Shown piece by piece: positions 46,498 to 55,953 of a stretch of DNA of 59,661 bases. Positions within the stretch are counted from its first letter, which is position 1. Each line of letters starts with the position of its first letter. This stretch comes from Alphaproteobacteria bacterium (lineage in GTDB: Bacteria; Pseudomonadota; Alphaproteobacteria; UBA7985), in assembly GCA_049612785.1 (NCBI GenBank), contig JBMZBW010000003.1:1-59661 (forward strand). Direction: 5' to 3'. The translations under genes and the position numbers were made by a program. The notes under the pieces are model-generated. The model was not told the origin of the DNA. It saw nothing but the letters and a program-made list of their open reading frames with translations, and made no database searches.

Positions 46498-48321
46498 ATG
46501 TGTGGAATCATTGGAATCCTGGGCACGGAAGGCGTTGCAGATGAGCTTGTCGACGGCCTGAAGCGTCTTGAGTATCGGGGCTACGACAGCGCTGGCATTG
46601 CCACTCTGGTGGATGGAAAAATCGAGCGCCGCCGCGCAGAAGGCAAGCTGAAAAACCTCGCCGCTGAAATCCGGAGCACGCCGCTCGCCGGACAGTCCGG
46701 CATCGGTCACACCCGCTGGGCCACACATGGGGTGCCGAACGTCGCCAACGCGCATCCGCACTCCGACGGCAAAGTTGCCATCGTCCACAACGGCATTATC
46801 GAGAACTTTGACGCCCTGCGCGAGGAGCTGCGACCACGAGGAATCGAGTGGACCTCCGACACGGACACAGAGACCATTGTTCACCTGATATCCGCAGCCT
46901 TGAGTGATGGGCTGGAACCGGTTGAGGCCGTTAAATCGGTGATTGCACGCCTGCAAGGTGCGTTTGCGCTGGCGATCCTTTTTGCCGGTCACGACAATCT
47001 GATGATCGGCGCGCGAAAGGGCTCGCCCTTGGCCATCGGCTATGGTGAGGGCGAAATGTATTTGGGGTCCGACGCCATTGCATTAGCCCCGCTCACCAGC
47101 ACCTTGAGCTATATCGAAGATGGCGACTGGTGCGTTCTGACCCGCGAGGGCGCAACGGTCTACAACGCCGCGAATGAGTTGGTGGATCGGCCCATTGTCA
47201 AAAGTCAGCTGACGGGCGCGCTGATCGGCAAAGGCAATTATCACCACTACATGCAGAAAGAGATCCATGAGCAGCCTTCTGTTGTGGGTGACACGCTGCA
47301 TGCGCACTTCAACCCTGTTGAAAAGCGCATTCATTTCGAGGGCCTTAACCTTGATTTCCGCACCCTTGAACGTCTGACCATTACCGCTTGTGGCACTGCT
47401 TTCTATGCCGGTTTTGTTGCCAAGTACTGGCTGGAACAGCTAGCACGGATCCCGGTGGAACTGGATATCGCTTCAGAGTTCCGATACCGCGAAGCGCCCA
47501 TGCCGAAAAACGGCGCAACGATTGTCCTTTCTCAGTCCGGCGAGACCATTGATACGCTGGAGGCGCTTCGATATTCGCGCCAGCAGGATAACCCGGTGCT
47601 TGCCATCGTAAACGTCGCCGAGAGCGCCATTGCGCGAGAATCACAGGCGGTGCTGCAAACGCTGGCTGGACCTGAAATCGGGGTGGCGTCCACCAAGGCT
47701 TTCACCACACAACTCACCGTTCTCGCTGGCCTCGCGCTATGGGCTGGGCGGCAGCGCGGGACCATCGATGCCGCAACCGAAGCGCACCTTTCCCAAGCGC
47801 TCGTGCAAGTTCCGGCTCTGATGGCTGATGTTCTCAACCATGATTCGGACATTCAGAAAATCGCTGCCAAGATCGCCGAGGCGCGCGACGTCCTTTATCT
47901 CGGTCGCGGCTCAATGTTCCCGGTCGCTTTAGAGGGAGCGCTGAAGCTCAAGGAAATCTCCTACATCCACGCAGAAGGCTATGCCGCCGGTGAAATGAAG
48001 CACGGTCCCATTGCGCTGATCGATGATGCCGTCCCTGTTGTGGTATGCGCGCCTTCCGGCCCCCTGCTGGAGAAAACAGCCTCAAACGTCGAACAGGTAG
48101 CGGCGCGGGGTGGTCGATTGATCCTGATCACCGACAAAATTGGTGCTGACCGGCTGGGCAGCGTGGCAGAAGAGGTGATCGTCATGCCAACGGTCGACAG
48201 CTTCGTCGCGCCTTTGCTCTACTCCATCCCAATCCAACTTCTCGCTTACCATACGGCTGTGCACAAAGGGACTGACGTTGATCAGCCGCGCAATCTGGCC
48301 AAGTCTGTCACCGTAGAATGA
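46498..48321 (+). CDS. glmS: Glutamine--fructose-6-phosphate transaminase
   Basis: MCGIIG, LEYRGYDSAG, GHTRWATHG, SQSGET, PRNLAKSVTVE. Confidence 0.98.
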   Translation: MCGIIGILGTEGVADELVDGLKRLEYRGYDSAGIATLVDGKIERRRAEGKLKNLAAEIRSTPLAGQSGIGHTRWATHGVPNVANAHPHSDGKVAIVHNGIIENFDALREELRPRGIEWTSDTDTETIVHLISAALSDGLEPVEAVKSVIARLQGAFALAILFAGHDNLMIGARKGSPLAIGYGEGEMYLGSDAIALAPLTSTLSYIEDGDWCVLTREGATVYNAANELVDRPIVKSQLTGALIGKGNYHHYMQKEIHEQPSVVGDTLHAHFNPVEKRIHFEGLNLDFRTLERLTITACGTAFYAGFVAKYWLEQLARIPVELDIASEFRYREAPMPKNGATIVLSQSGETIDTLEALRYSRQQDNPVLAIVNVAESAIARESQAVLQTLAGPEIGVASTKAFTTQLTVLAGLALWAGRQRGTIDAATEAHLSQALVQVPALMADVLNHDSDIQKIAAKIAEARDVLYLGRGSMFPVALEGALKLKEISYIHAEGYAAGEMKHGPIALIDDAVPVVVCAPSGPLLEKTASNVEQVAARGGRLILITDKIGADRLGSVAEEVIVMPTVDSFVAPLLYSIPIQLLAYHTAVHKGTDVDQPRNLAKSVTVE

Positions 48322-48345
48322 AATGGGGATCAGAGGCACGAAGCT

Positions 48346-48771
48346 ATGACAGCCCTACGCCCGTTTGAGGAGGCAGACCGGGAGCAGGTCATAAGCCTTT
48401 GGCAAGAGTGCAATCTGACCCGCCCGTGGAATGATCCGAACAAGGATATCGACAGAAAAGCTGGCTTTGGTGAGGAACTTTTTCTGGTCCTCCTCGCCGA
48501 TAATAAAATTATTGGTACCGTTATGGGAGGATATGACGGTCATCGCGGCGTGATGAACTACCTGGCAGTGAGCCCGGACTTTCGCGGTATGGGCCATGGC
48601 AGAACGCTCGTTGAAGCCGTTGAGGAAAAGCTCAAAGCTTTGGGGTGTCCAAAAATCAACCTTTTGGTGAGAACGGATAACATCGAGGTCAGTGATTTTT
48701 ATTCTGACCTCGATTATTTGGCGCAAGATGATGTCATGGTTTTCGGCAAGCGGCTTATCGCTGACGAGTGA
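48346..48771 (+). CDS. GNAT acetyltransferase, YpeA-like
   Basis: LTRPWNDP.KDI.RK, MGGYDGHRG, R.MGHG, GCPKINL. Confidence 0.85.
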   Translation: MTALRPFEEADREQVISLWQECNLTRPWNDPNKDIDRKAGFGEELFLVLLADNKIIGTVMGGYDGHRGVMNYLAVSPDFRGMGHGRTLVEAVEEKLKALGCPKINLLVRTDNIEVSDFYSDLDYLAQDDVMVFGKRLIADE

Positions 48772-48897
48772 TCCTTGTTGTCAAACACGCACGCTTCCCA
48801 ATACTGGCGGAATAGGTCACTCCCGCTGGCAAGGCTGGCGACCGGCGACGTGCACCGATAAAACAAGTGCTGAAACCTGATCAGGAAAGGTCCCGCC

Positions 48898-49857
48898 GTG
48901 TTGTTGCCCGAAACGCCAGAAAGTCTGAAATTGGCTGGTGAACTGTTGCGCAGCGGTAAGCACGTGGCCTTCGCAACAGAGACCGTTTACGGTCTGGGTG
49001 CAGACGCAACCAACGGCGAGGCTGTAGCCGGCATTTACGCAGCCAAGGGACGCCCAAGCTTTAATCCGTTGATCGCGCATTTTTCGGACCCGGAGAGCGC
49101 CTTTGCTGTCGTGAAAGCGGACGAACGCGCGCGAAAGCTGGCTGATGCCTTCTGGCCCGGCCCTCTGACTCTCGTTCTCAATCGCTGCGAGGATTGTCCT
49201 ATTTCGTCGCTGGCCGGTGCCGGGCTGCCCACACAAGCTGTGCGAGTCCCTCGTGTTTCGGCGGGTTTCCGGTCGCTTCTGCGGGCATTTCCCGGCGGGA
49301 TCGTTGCGCCGAGCGCAAACCCGTCTGGTCATTTGTCTCCGACGACAGCCCAGCATGTTGTTTCAGGTCTTGGCGATGTCATTCCCTTGATTCTTGATGG
49401 TGGCCCCTGCACCGCTGGTCTGGAAAGTGCGGTTGTTGATCTTTCTTCAGCGCAGCCAAAACTGCTTCGCGAGGGCGCTTTGGCTCGGGCAGATATCGAA
49501 GCCGTCCTTGAGCAGGAACTCACGCTCGATGTTGACCCGGCTGTGAAAGCCTCGCCGGGGCAGATGACCCAGCACTATGCACCCAGCACGCCACTGATTT
49601 TGAACGCGAAAAGCGCAACTTCAGATCAGGCCGCATTGGTCATGCGTGACCCCACTGGTTTCGAAGCTGCCTGTGCCATCGAGATTTTGAGCCCCAGTGG
49701 TTCAGACGTTGAGGCCGCATCGAACCTGTTCGCGGCTCTGCATCGTCTTGACGCTGCCGGGGCAGCAGCTATCGTCGTGTCAACGATAGATGCAGCTGGA
49801 CTGGGCGCAGCAATCGAAGACAGATTGCGCCGGGCTTCAGCAGGACGAGGGACATAA
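48898..49857 (+). CDS. tsaC: Threonylcarbamoyl-AMP synthase (Sua5-type, YrdC + SUA5 domain)
   Basis: TETVYGLGAD, KGRPSFNPLI, WPGPLT, APSAN, PGQ..HYAP, DRLRRA. Confidence 0.92.
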   Translation: MLLPETPESLKLAGELLRSGKHVAFATETVYGLGADATNGEAVAGIYAAKGRPSFNPLIAHFSDPESAFAVVKADERARKLADAFWPGPLTLVLNRCEDCPISSLAGAGLPTQAVRVPRVSAGFRSLLRAFPGGIVAPSANPSGHLSPTTAQHVVSGLGDVIPLILDGGPCTAGLESAVVDLSSAQPKLLREGALARADIEAVLEQELTLDVDPAVKASPGQMTQHYAPSTPLILNAKSATSDQAALVMRDPTGFEAACAIEILSPSGSDVEAASNLFAALHRLDAAGAAAIVVSTIDAAGLGAAIEDRLRRASAGRGT

Positions 49858-49858
49858 A

Positions 49859-51286
49859 ATGGATAGTGCCGACTTTTTGGCTGAACTTCAGGCAATCGTG
49901 GGCGAGAAAGGTGTTGTGACCGAGGACGTAGCGCTTGACCGCTATACTCGGGAATGGCGCGGGAAGTATTTGAGTGGGGCTATTGCGGCTGTCCGGCCGG
50001 CAAGCACTCGGGAAGTTTCTGAAGTCGTCAAGTTATGTGCGGCACGCGGTATTTCGATCACACCACAGGGCGGGAATACAGGATTGGTCGGCGGATCTAT
50101 ACCCATCGATCCAACTAACGAAATCGTGCTGTCTCTGGACCGCATGAACGCTGTGGAAGAAGTCGAACCAGACGGCAATACAATGGTCGTGCAGGCGGGC
50201 TGTATTTTGAGGGATGCGCAGGTCGCGGCAGAAGAATCAGATCGTCTTTTCCCCCTGTCTCTCGGCGCTGAAGGATCCTGCCGGATTGGTGGAAATCTTT
50301 CGACCAATGCGGGTGGAATCAACGTCATCCGGTACGGCAACACCCGTGATCTGGTTTTGGGTTTAGAGGTGGTGCTCCCGGATGGGCGGATCTGGAATGG
50401 CATGAACCGCCTGCGAAAAGACAATACGGGCTATGACCTGAAACACCTGTTTATTGGTTCTGAAGGCACGCTGGGGATCATCACGCGTGCTGTTCTCAAG
50501 ATTTTCCCCAGACCGAAGGACAGGCTGACAGCTTGGTTGGCCTGTGAGTCTCCCTCCGCCTGCCTGGACGCGCTCAACATGATGCGCGAGCGACTGGGTG
50601 ACGCGATTATTGCAGGCGAAATCATTCCCGCCATCGCGCTTGAGCAAACCCTGAACCATATCGCAGACACCACTGCGCCGTTGACGCCTTTACCTGCCTG
50701 GTCACTGTTGATCGAGGTTGGTGTTTTTGATGAAGCAGGAGCCATCCGCGATACGCTGGACTACGTGCTACAAGAAGGCATGAGTAAAGAGGTCCTTTAC
50801 GATGGGATCGTTGCGCAGAATCTGAACCAAGCCGATCAGTTCTGGCGCATTCGGGAAGCCATCCCCGAGGCCGAAGCCAAATCCGGCCCCTCGATCAAAC
50901 ATGACGTCTCCGTACCAGTGCATCGGGTTGCAGAGTTGATCGAACGGGGCTCCGCGCTGCTCGAAGAGTTATATCCAGGCGCTCGCCCGGTACCTTTTGG
51001 TCACCTTGGCGATGGAAACCTCCACTTCAATCTTTGTGCACCGCTGGACGCTGTTGGTGATCCGCAAGCCGAGGCCGATTTTCTGGACGCTTGGAGCCGG
51101 ATCAATATGGCGTTCCACGACCTTGTTCGCGAAATGAAGGGCTCCATTTCCGCAGAGCATGGGATTGGCCAATTGAAGAAAGACGAACTCGCCAGAACCG
51201 CTGACGGTGTGGGATTGAGCCTGATGCAGACGATAAAGGCTGCACTTGACCCCCAACAAACCCTGAACCCCGGAAAAATCTTCTAA
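49859..51286 (+). CDS. FAD-binding oxidoreductase (D-2-hydroxyacid dehydrogenase/GlcD-like)
   Basis: PQGGNTGLVGG, GGNLSTNAGG, KDNTGYDL, HLGDGNLH, SAEHGIG, LNPGK. Confidence 0.88.
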   Translation: MDSADFLAELQAIVGEKGVVTEDVALDRYTREWRGKYLSGAIAAVRPASTREVSEVVKLCAARGISITPQGGNTGLVGGSIPIDPTNEIVLSLDRMNAVEEVEPDGNTMVVQAGCILRDAQVAAEESDRLFPLSLGAEGSCRIGGNLSTNAGGINVIRYGNTRDLVLGLEVVLPDGRIWNGMNRLRKDNTGYDLKHLFIGSEGTLGIITRAVLKIFPRPKDRLTAWLACESPSACLDALNMMRERLGDAIIAGEIIPAIALEQTLNHIADTTAPLTPLPAWSLLIEVGVFDEAGAIRDTLDYVLQEGMSKEVLYDGIVAQNLNQADQFWRIREAIPEAEAKSGPSIKHDVSVPVHRVAELIERGSALLEELYPGARPVPFGHLGDGNLHFNLCAPLDAVGDPQAEADFLDAWSRINMAFHDLVREMKGSISAEHGIGQLKKDELARTADGVGLSLMQTIKAALDPQQTLNPGKIF

Positions 51287-52212
51287 CGACGCCCGGGCAG
51301 GATGCTGTCAACTTCGTAGCTCAAGTGACGCTTCATGGACGGATCAGCAGGGATCAGACCCTCAGCCACAGGCAAACTCACAGTCTTGGTCGGGTTGCGA
51401 ATTACCCGAGAGACTGACGGGCCTTGAGCGGCCTGAAGCAGTACAGCACGATGCACAGTCTCGCTCGTCAGGCTGCTGATTTCCACGCGATCAATGGGAA
51501 CCACGGTTTGACGTAAGCGCCGCACCAGTGTCAGCGGGTCAATCGCGTTGCTGTCATTGCGGGCTCGATGAGATTGCGACGGTCCCGTCAGATGCACCGA
51601 ATAGTGCAGGTGCGTCCGCTGCCCCCAATTCACCAGATGTCCAACCGCGTAACCCGCCTTGATCCAATCGCCCTGCTTCAAATCAGAACGAGGGTGAGTG
51701 TGCCAAAATGTATGTTGGCGTTCGCCGTCCGAAATCACGATGCCGCTGTCTGTACCGGCGTGTTTGGCGTAAAGCACTTGTCCTGAAATCGGGGTGTAAA
51801 TCACCGTGCCTGCGGGGGCAGCAATATCAATACCTGAGTGAAAATCCCGGCGGTTATCCAGTCCGCGCCACCCGAAATCGCTGGTCAAAACCGCGTCTAC
51901 CTGCGGTGAGATAAGCGGCAGTTCACGCCCCCAAGGTTCTTGCCGAAAGTCCGGAGGGACACGACTGGGTCGCCTCTTTGGATTGAAGGACTGGTTCGAC
52001 GCCATGGCTTGCTCTCGCCAAGCCATTTGCAGATCCAAAGAAGGTAAGCCGCGCTTTTCGGCTGAAACCTCAACGGAGTCAGAAACCTGAACCGATCTTT
52101 TGAAAAAGCGATTGCTATCGCCGGCGTCAATAGACCCACAGGCAGATAAGCTAAAGCATACAAATGTTATCAGACTGAGTTTACTAAGGGTTTTCTTTGC
52201 GTTCGGAATCAA
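51283..52212 (-). CDS. M23 family metallopeptidase, predicted lipoprotein
   Basis: Lipobox LSAC; TSDFGWR, HSGIDI (HxxxD) and HLH (HxH) Zn ligands. Confidence 0.8.
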   Translation of the reverse strand: MIPNAKKTLSKLSLITFVCFSLSACGSIDAGDSNRFFKRSVQVSDSVEVSAEKRGLPSLDLQMAWREQAMASNQSFNPKRRPSRVPPDFRQEPWGRELPLISPQVDAVLTSDFGWRGLDNRRDFHSGIDIAAPAGTVIYTPISGQVLYAKHAGTDSGIVISDGERQHTFWHTHPRSDLKQGDWIKAGYAVGHLVNWGQRTHLHYSVHLTGPSQSHRARNDSNAIDPLTLVRRLRQTVVPIDRVEISSLTSETVHRAVLLQAAQGPSVSRVIRNPTKTVSLPVAEGLIPADPSMKRHLSYEVDSILPGRR

Positions 52213-52317
52213 TTTGGCACTCTCAAGATGCTCTCATTAGGTTTCAGCCCTAAAGAAATGCAACTCAAATGCCAAAAGAATATTCGTCTGAAATTATGCG
52301 CCTAACGGCACATTCCC

Positions 52318-53388
52318 TCAGTCAAGGGTGTCAACATCGCTATATTGCGCTTGGACCTCGATGTATTGCTGCAAACCACGGTGCTGAGGTGCAACCAATC
52401 CGGCGCGCAGTGCGGACTCTTTGGTCAGCAGCTGCAGAGCCGGATGCATGGACTTAAAGAATTCAAAGTCTGAATAGGCTGATTGCAATAATTCAATAAC
52501 TCTTCCATGCGGCACGTCTTCACGAGTCACCAATGTCACAGCCAAACCGATGGTATCGACCGAATTGCTCATATTATACGCGTCCGCGGGGATGATGATG
52601 GGTTCAAAAAATGGGTTGGAGTCGACGAGAACCTCAATTCCATCGCTCGCCAGTGGCGCCAACCTCGCCCCACACTCCCACAGCGCGACTTCGACCCATT
52701 GTGAGGGCAGAACCGTTGGAAAAATCACGGCATCCAGTCGATTGTTGCAAAGCCCGTCAATCTGGTCTGGCAGCTTTCCATCCTCAACGTACTGCATCTT
52801 GGATATCGCAACTTCAGAGGCAAAAAGTGCTGCCTGCGCTAGAGTTCTTTGAGAACTTCCGATTGGCCCCAAACCTACTCTGCCGTTTTCAAGGTCTTGC
52901 AGTGTGGTCGCTGATGATGAAGGGCTCAACAAGACGTGCAGGGGCAAAATCCCAAAGGAAAATACGGTGCGCAGATCTTCGATAGCATCTTCACCTTCAT
53001 AGTCCGCCTGACCGGTGTAAGCGAAATACTGACGATCCGACTGAACAACGGCAAAGTCCACAAATCGGTCAGCCATAAGCGCCAGATTTTCTTCAGAACC
53101 CGTTGTCGTCCGCACCAAACAGGTCGGTGAGTCTGGATCAGCCAGCACGTTGTAGGCCGTACACATGGCCCCCGCCATGGCATAGGCCAGACCACTGGCC
53201 GGTCCCGCTGCGATCACGAAAGCGTTGCCCCCGGCGCCGGACGTCGTCGCAGGCGCCAGCGTGAGCGATGGTTGGCCCGACAAGCTGTTCGCCGGCTCAT
53301 CCGAGTCCAACTGAGCCGAGGCTGGCGTTATTCCAAACAAGCCAAGGGCCAAAAAAGACAGCAACGCGAGCTGGCGCAGTGCGTTCAT
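52318..53388 (-). CDS. TAXI-family TRAP solute-binding protein
   Basis: Signal peptide; TTGSEENL, FAVVQSD, LRTVFS, GPIGSSQR, HPAL, HRG; start may be 53403. Confidence 0.8.
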   Translation of the reverse strand: MNALRQLALLSFLALGLFGITPASAQLDSDEPANSLSGQPSLTLAPATTSGAGGNAFVIAAGPASGLAYAMAGAMCTAYNVLADPDSPTCLVRTTTGSEENLALMADRFVDFAVVQSDRQYFAYTGQADYEGEDAIEDLRTVFSFGILPLHVLLSPSSSATTLQDLENGRVGLGPIGSSQRTLAQAALFASEVAISKMQYVEDGKLPDQIDGLCNNRLDAVIFPTVLPSQWVEVALWECGARLAPLASDGIEVLVDSNPFFEPIIIPADAYNMSNSVDTIGLAVTLVTREDVPHGRVIELLQSAYSDFEFFKSMHPALQLLTKESALRAGLVAPQHRGLQQYIEVQAQYSDVDTLD

Positions 53389-53434
53389 GAATAGCGACTC
53401 CAAAGGTTCCGCGGGTGTTATACGCCCAGTCCGG

Positions 53435-54187
53435 CTAGAAAACCAAGCCGCGACCGAGGCGTTGGACCTCTTCCATTTCCGGGGTCACTCTATCTTGATC
53501 GTCACGCACGACAATACCCGGAAGAAGGGTCAGCCCTGCCTTTGCTTCACGTCGCCCCTGTACCACCACCCGGTTCGCGTTTCGCCCCCTTTTGGGCCAA
53601 ACAGGACAGACTTTCAGAGCGCCAACGCGCGGATGGAGCAGATGGATGATTTCGTGCAAGCGATCCGCACGATGAATGATGGTGACAAAACCGCGTTCCT
53701 TGACCCAATAGAGCATGGCCTCGATCCATTCGGTCAGTTCGACGTCAGACTCCCTTTTGGACAAATCTGCCTGCTCCCGGAATGACCGACGACCGCTTGT
53801 TTCCGCGATATAGGGAGGGTTGCTTATGACATGATCAAAGCAACGCGCGGGCAAGATCTGCCCCTTGTCCATGACATCACCACAGACGTATTGCACTCGA
53901 TCATGCAGACCATTGTTCAAAGCATTTTGAACCGCGAGACCATGGATCTCAGGCTGCAGTTCAATCCCGGTCACCTGAACGCCCGGCACCCGTCTGGCCA
54001 GACAGAGCCCGGCAGTGCCAATACCGCAACCAACATCCAGCACATGCTGATCTGCCTCCGCCGGAACCGAAGCGCCAAGCAAAACTGCGTCCATTCCAGC
54101 CCGATAGCCCGCGCGCGGTTGCAGCACTTCCAGTGCACCGCCCAGAAAGCTGTCACGGGTTACCTGCAGGGTTCCCGCGTCCGTCAT
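53435..54187 (-). CDS. tRNA1(Val) A37 N6-methyltransferase-like protein (YfiC/TrmN6)
   Basis: QPRAGYRAGMDAVLL, LDVGCGIG, NPPY, IHRADRL. Confidence 0.82.
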   Translation of the reverse strand: MTDAGTLQVTRDSFLGGALEVLQPRAGYRAGMDAVLLGASVPAEADQHVLDVGCGIGTAGLCLARRVPGVQVTGIELQPEIHGLAVQNALNNGLHDRVQYVCGDVMDKGQILPARCFDHVISNPPYIAETSGRRSFREQADLSKRESDVELTEWIEAMLYWVKERGFVTIIHRADRLHEIIHLLHPRVGALKVCPVWPKRGRNANRVVVQGRREAKAGLTLLPGIVVRDDQDRVTPEMEEVQRLGRGLVF

Positions 54188-54202
54188 GGCCGCTTTTTTC
54201 GA

Positions 54203-54613
54203 TTAGGCCGCTTTGAAACCTTCAGCTTCATCAATCAGACCATCACACAAGGAGTCATCCGCTCGGACCTTGAGGTGGTTATTCCCCAAAGCCTTATCGA
54301 CGAGGATGATGAACGCATTCCAACGCATCTGCTCCATCTGCGCTTCGTTCAGCTTACCAAGACCCATTTTGACCCCACGCTGCAGGGTTTTCTCAGTCTT
54401 GCGCAAAATGGCCTTCCGGTGGTTCGACTTAATATCGCACTGGTCGACCATTTCCGTCTTGATCAGCGTGCGCCAGACGTCAAAAGAAATGGTTTGCCCC
54501 ATGACAGTATGCGCCACGGTCCAAACGGGTTCGTCCGTTGGAGCATCGGGGAACAGACGCTGCTGCTCCTGCTGGGCGTTTGGATCGACTGCGGTTTCTT
54601 CGGTCATGGACAT
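54203..54613 (-). CDS. Hypothetical protein, 136 aa
   Basis: Fills the gap between msrA and the methyltransferase on the same strand; protein-like composition; no motif recognised. Confidence 0.7.
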   Translation of the reverse strand: MSMTEETAVDPNAQQEQQRLFPDAPTDEPVWTVAHTVMGQTISFDVWRTLIKTEMVDQCDIKSNHRKAILRKTEKTLQRGVKMGLGKLNEAQMEQMRWNAFIILVDKALGNNHLKVRADDSLCDGLIDEAEGFKAA

Positions 54614-54657
54614 TCAGCTTTCTGTAAACTCAGGCAACGCGCCAATTGGCATCACCT

Positions 54658-55116
54658 TTAATGGCTAAAGCCGCGCTTTTCAAAGTATCGCTGATGATAG
54701 TCTTCTGCAGGGTAGAATTCTGAGGCCTCTGTCACCTCAGTCGCCACACTGCCTCGCATGGATGCAACCGACTCTTTGGCCGCTTCCGCCGCTTCGCGCT
54801 GTGCGTCATCTCGATAGAAAACACCCGAGCGATACTGCGTTCCGATATCCGGCCCCTGGCGGTTCACCTGAGTTGGATCATGCATCTCAAAAAAGGCATT
54901 CAACAGCGTGCCGTAATCGATTTTCTCATCATCAAAAACCACACGCACGGCTTCGGCGTGGCCTGTCGCTCCCGTGCAGACCTGTTGATAAGTGGGATTT
55001 ACGGTCGTTCCCCCCGTGTAGCCACTGATCGCGTCTTTCACGCCAGGCATTTTGCGGAAGGTATCTTCGATGCTCCAAAAGCATCCAGCAGCAAAAATCG
55101 CATCTTTTTCAGCCAT
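54658..55116 (-). CDS. msrA: Peptide-methionine (S)-S-oxide reductase (short form)
   Basis: AGCFW, GYTGG, TGHAE, HDPTQ.NRQG.D.GTQYRS, AEDYHQ; start MAEKD. Confidence 0.93.
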   Translation of the reverse strand: MAEKDAIFAAGCFWSIEDTFRKMPGVKDAISGYTGGTTVNPTYQQVCTGATGHAEAVRVVFDDEKIDYGTLLNAFFEMHDPTQVNRQGPDIGTQYRSGVFYRDDAQREAAEAAKESVASMRGSVATEVTEASEFYPAEDYHQRYFEKRGFSH

Positions 55117-55203
55117 GATACGAGGTCCCTTCAAACAGTTGTCAGGACCCAGAGGTAAGCGCCCCAAGTCGGCGAGACAAGCGGCGCTTTAACGCGGCAT
55201 CGA

Positions 55204-55674
55204 TCAAAGACGATCGATGTGCGCATTGGCGACAAATTCGGTCTCGTAGCTTCCCACGGCTGGATGGCTCGAAAGCTGGGTTTTCAGCAGATCTGAAATA
55301 GCCCCGACAGATTGGCCCAATACCTTCATGCGAAGTTTAGGCTGACCGGCAATTTCAGCAATCTCCAGAACCTGTTGATTGCTCGAGAGCCGGGTAATCA
55401 GATCCCCGAGGTCAGCCTTATCCTCGCCCTTTACCATGATCGTGGCGTAAGCGGTCTGCCGATAGCCGAGAACCGCACGGTCGACGCGTGCGTGATAGCC
55501 CAGCACCACACCTGTTCTTTCCAGCTTACGAACACGCTCATAACACGGTGTGGGAGATAGATTTACACGCTTTGCCAACTCCACATTTGAAATCCGCGCA
55601 TTTTCCTGAAGCTCGGCAACAATCATGCGATCCGTTTCATCAAGTCCTTCTTCGCGGCGTCGAGCTTGTACCAT
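55204..55674 (-). CDS. Lrp/AsnC family transcriptional regulator
   Basis: LDETDRMI..LQENARISNVELAKRVNLSPTPCYERVRKLE HTH and a RAM domain. Confidence 0.92.
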   Translation of the reverse strand: MVQARRREEGLDETDRMIVAELQENARISNVELAKRVNLSPTPCYERVRKLERTGVVLGYHARVDRAVLGYRQTAYATIMVKGEDKADLGDLITRLSSNQQVLEIAEIAGQPKLRMKVLGQSVGAISDLLKTQLSSHPAVGSYETEFVANAHIDRL

Positions 55675-55953
55675 CTTGCTTTCCCTTACTGTGAGCTTTA
55701 GGGCTCAAATGCTAATTAAACACGTATTTCATTACGTTATTCCTAATTAGTTTAGGATTTGTGTTTAATTCTTTCTTTTTATCCTTTAACACGCGTTTTT
55801 TCTTCTGTCACCAGTGAGTTGGATGGTTTCCATAGAGAAAACTCATCCCACAGCGTAAGCTACGGGCTCGGCCAACCACGTGCAGAAGGAAACTGCCGAA
55901 CCATCAGCGGGCTTCAGAAACCTCTCCTCAGATCATTACCTAAGGAAGAAATC

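Noticed and set aside
48322-48900. Intact Tn7-like element at attTn7
   Set aside because: No tns genes, terminal repeats or target duplication visible
52213-52235. Sigma-54 promoter (TGGCAC...TGC)
   Set aside because: GG-to-GC spacing is wrong and it points away from the adjacent gene start
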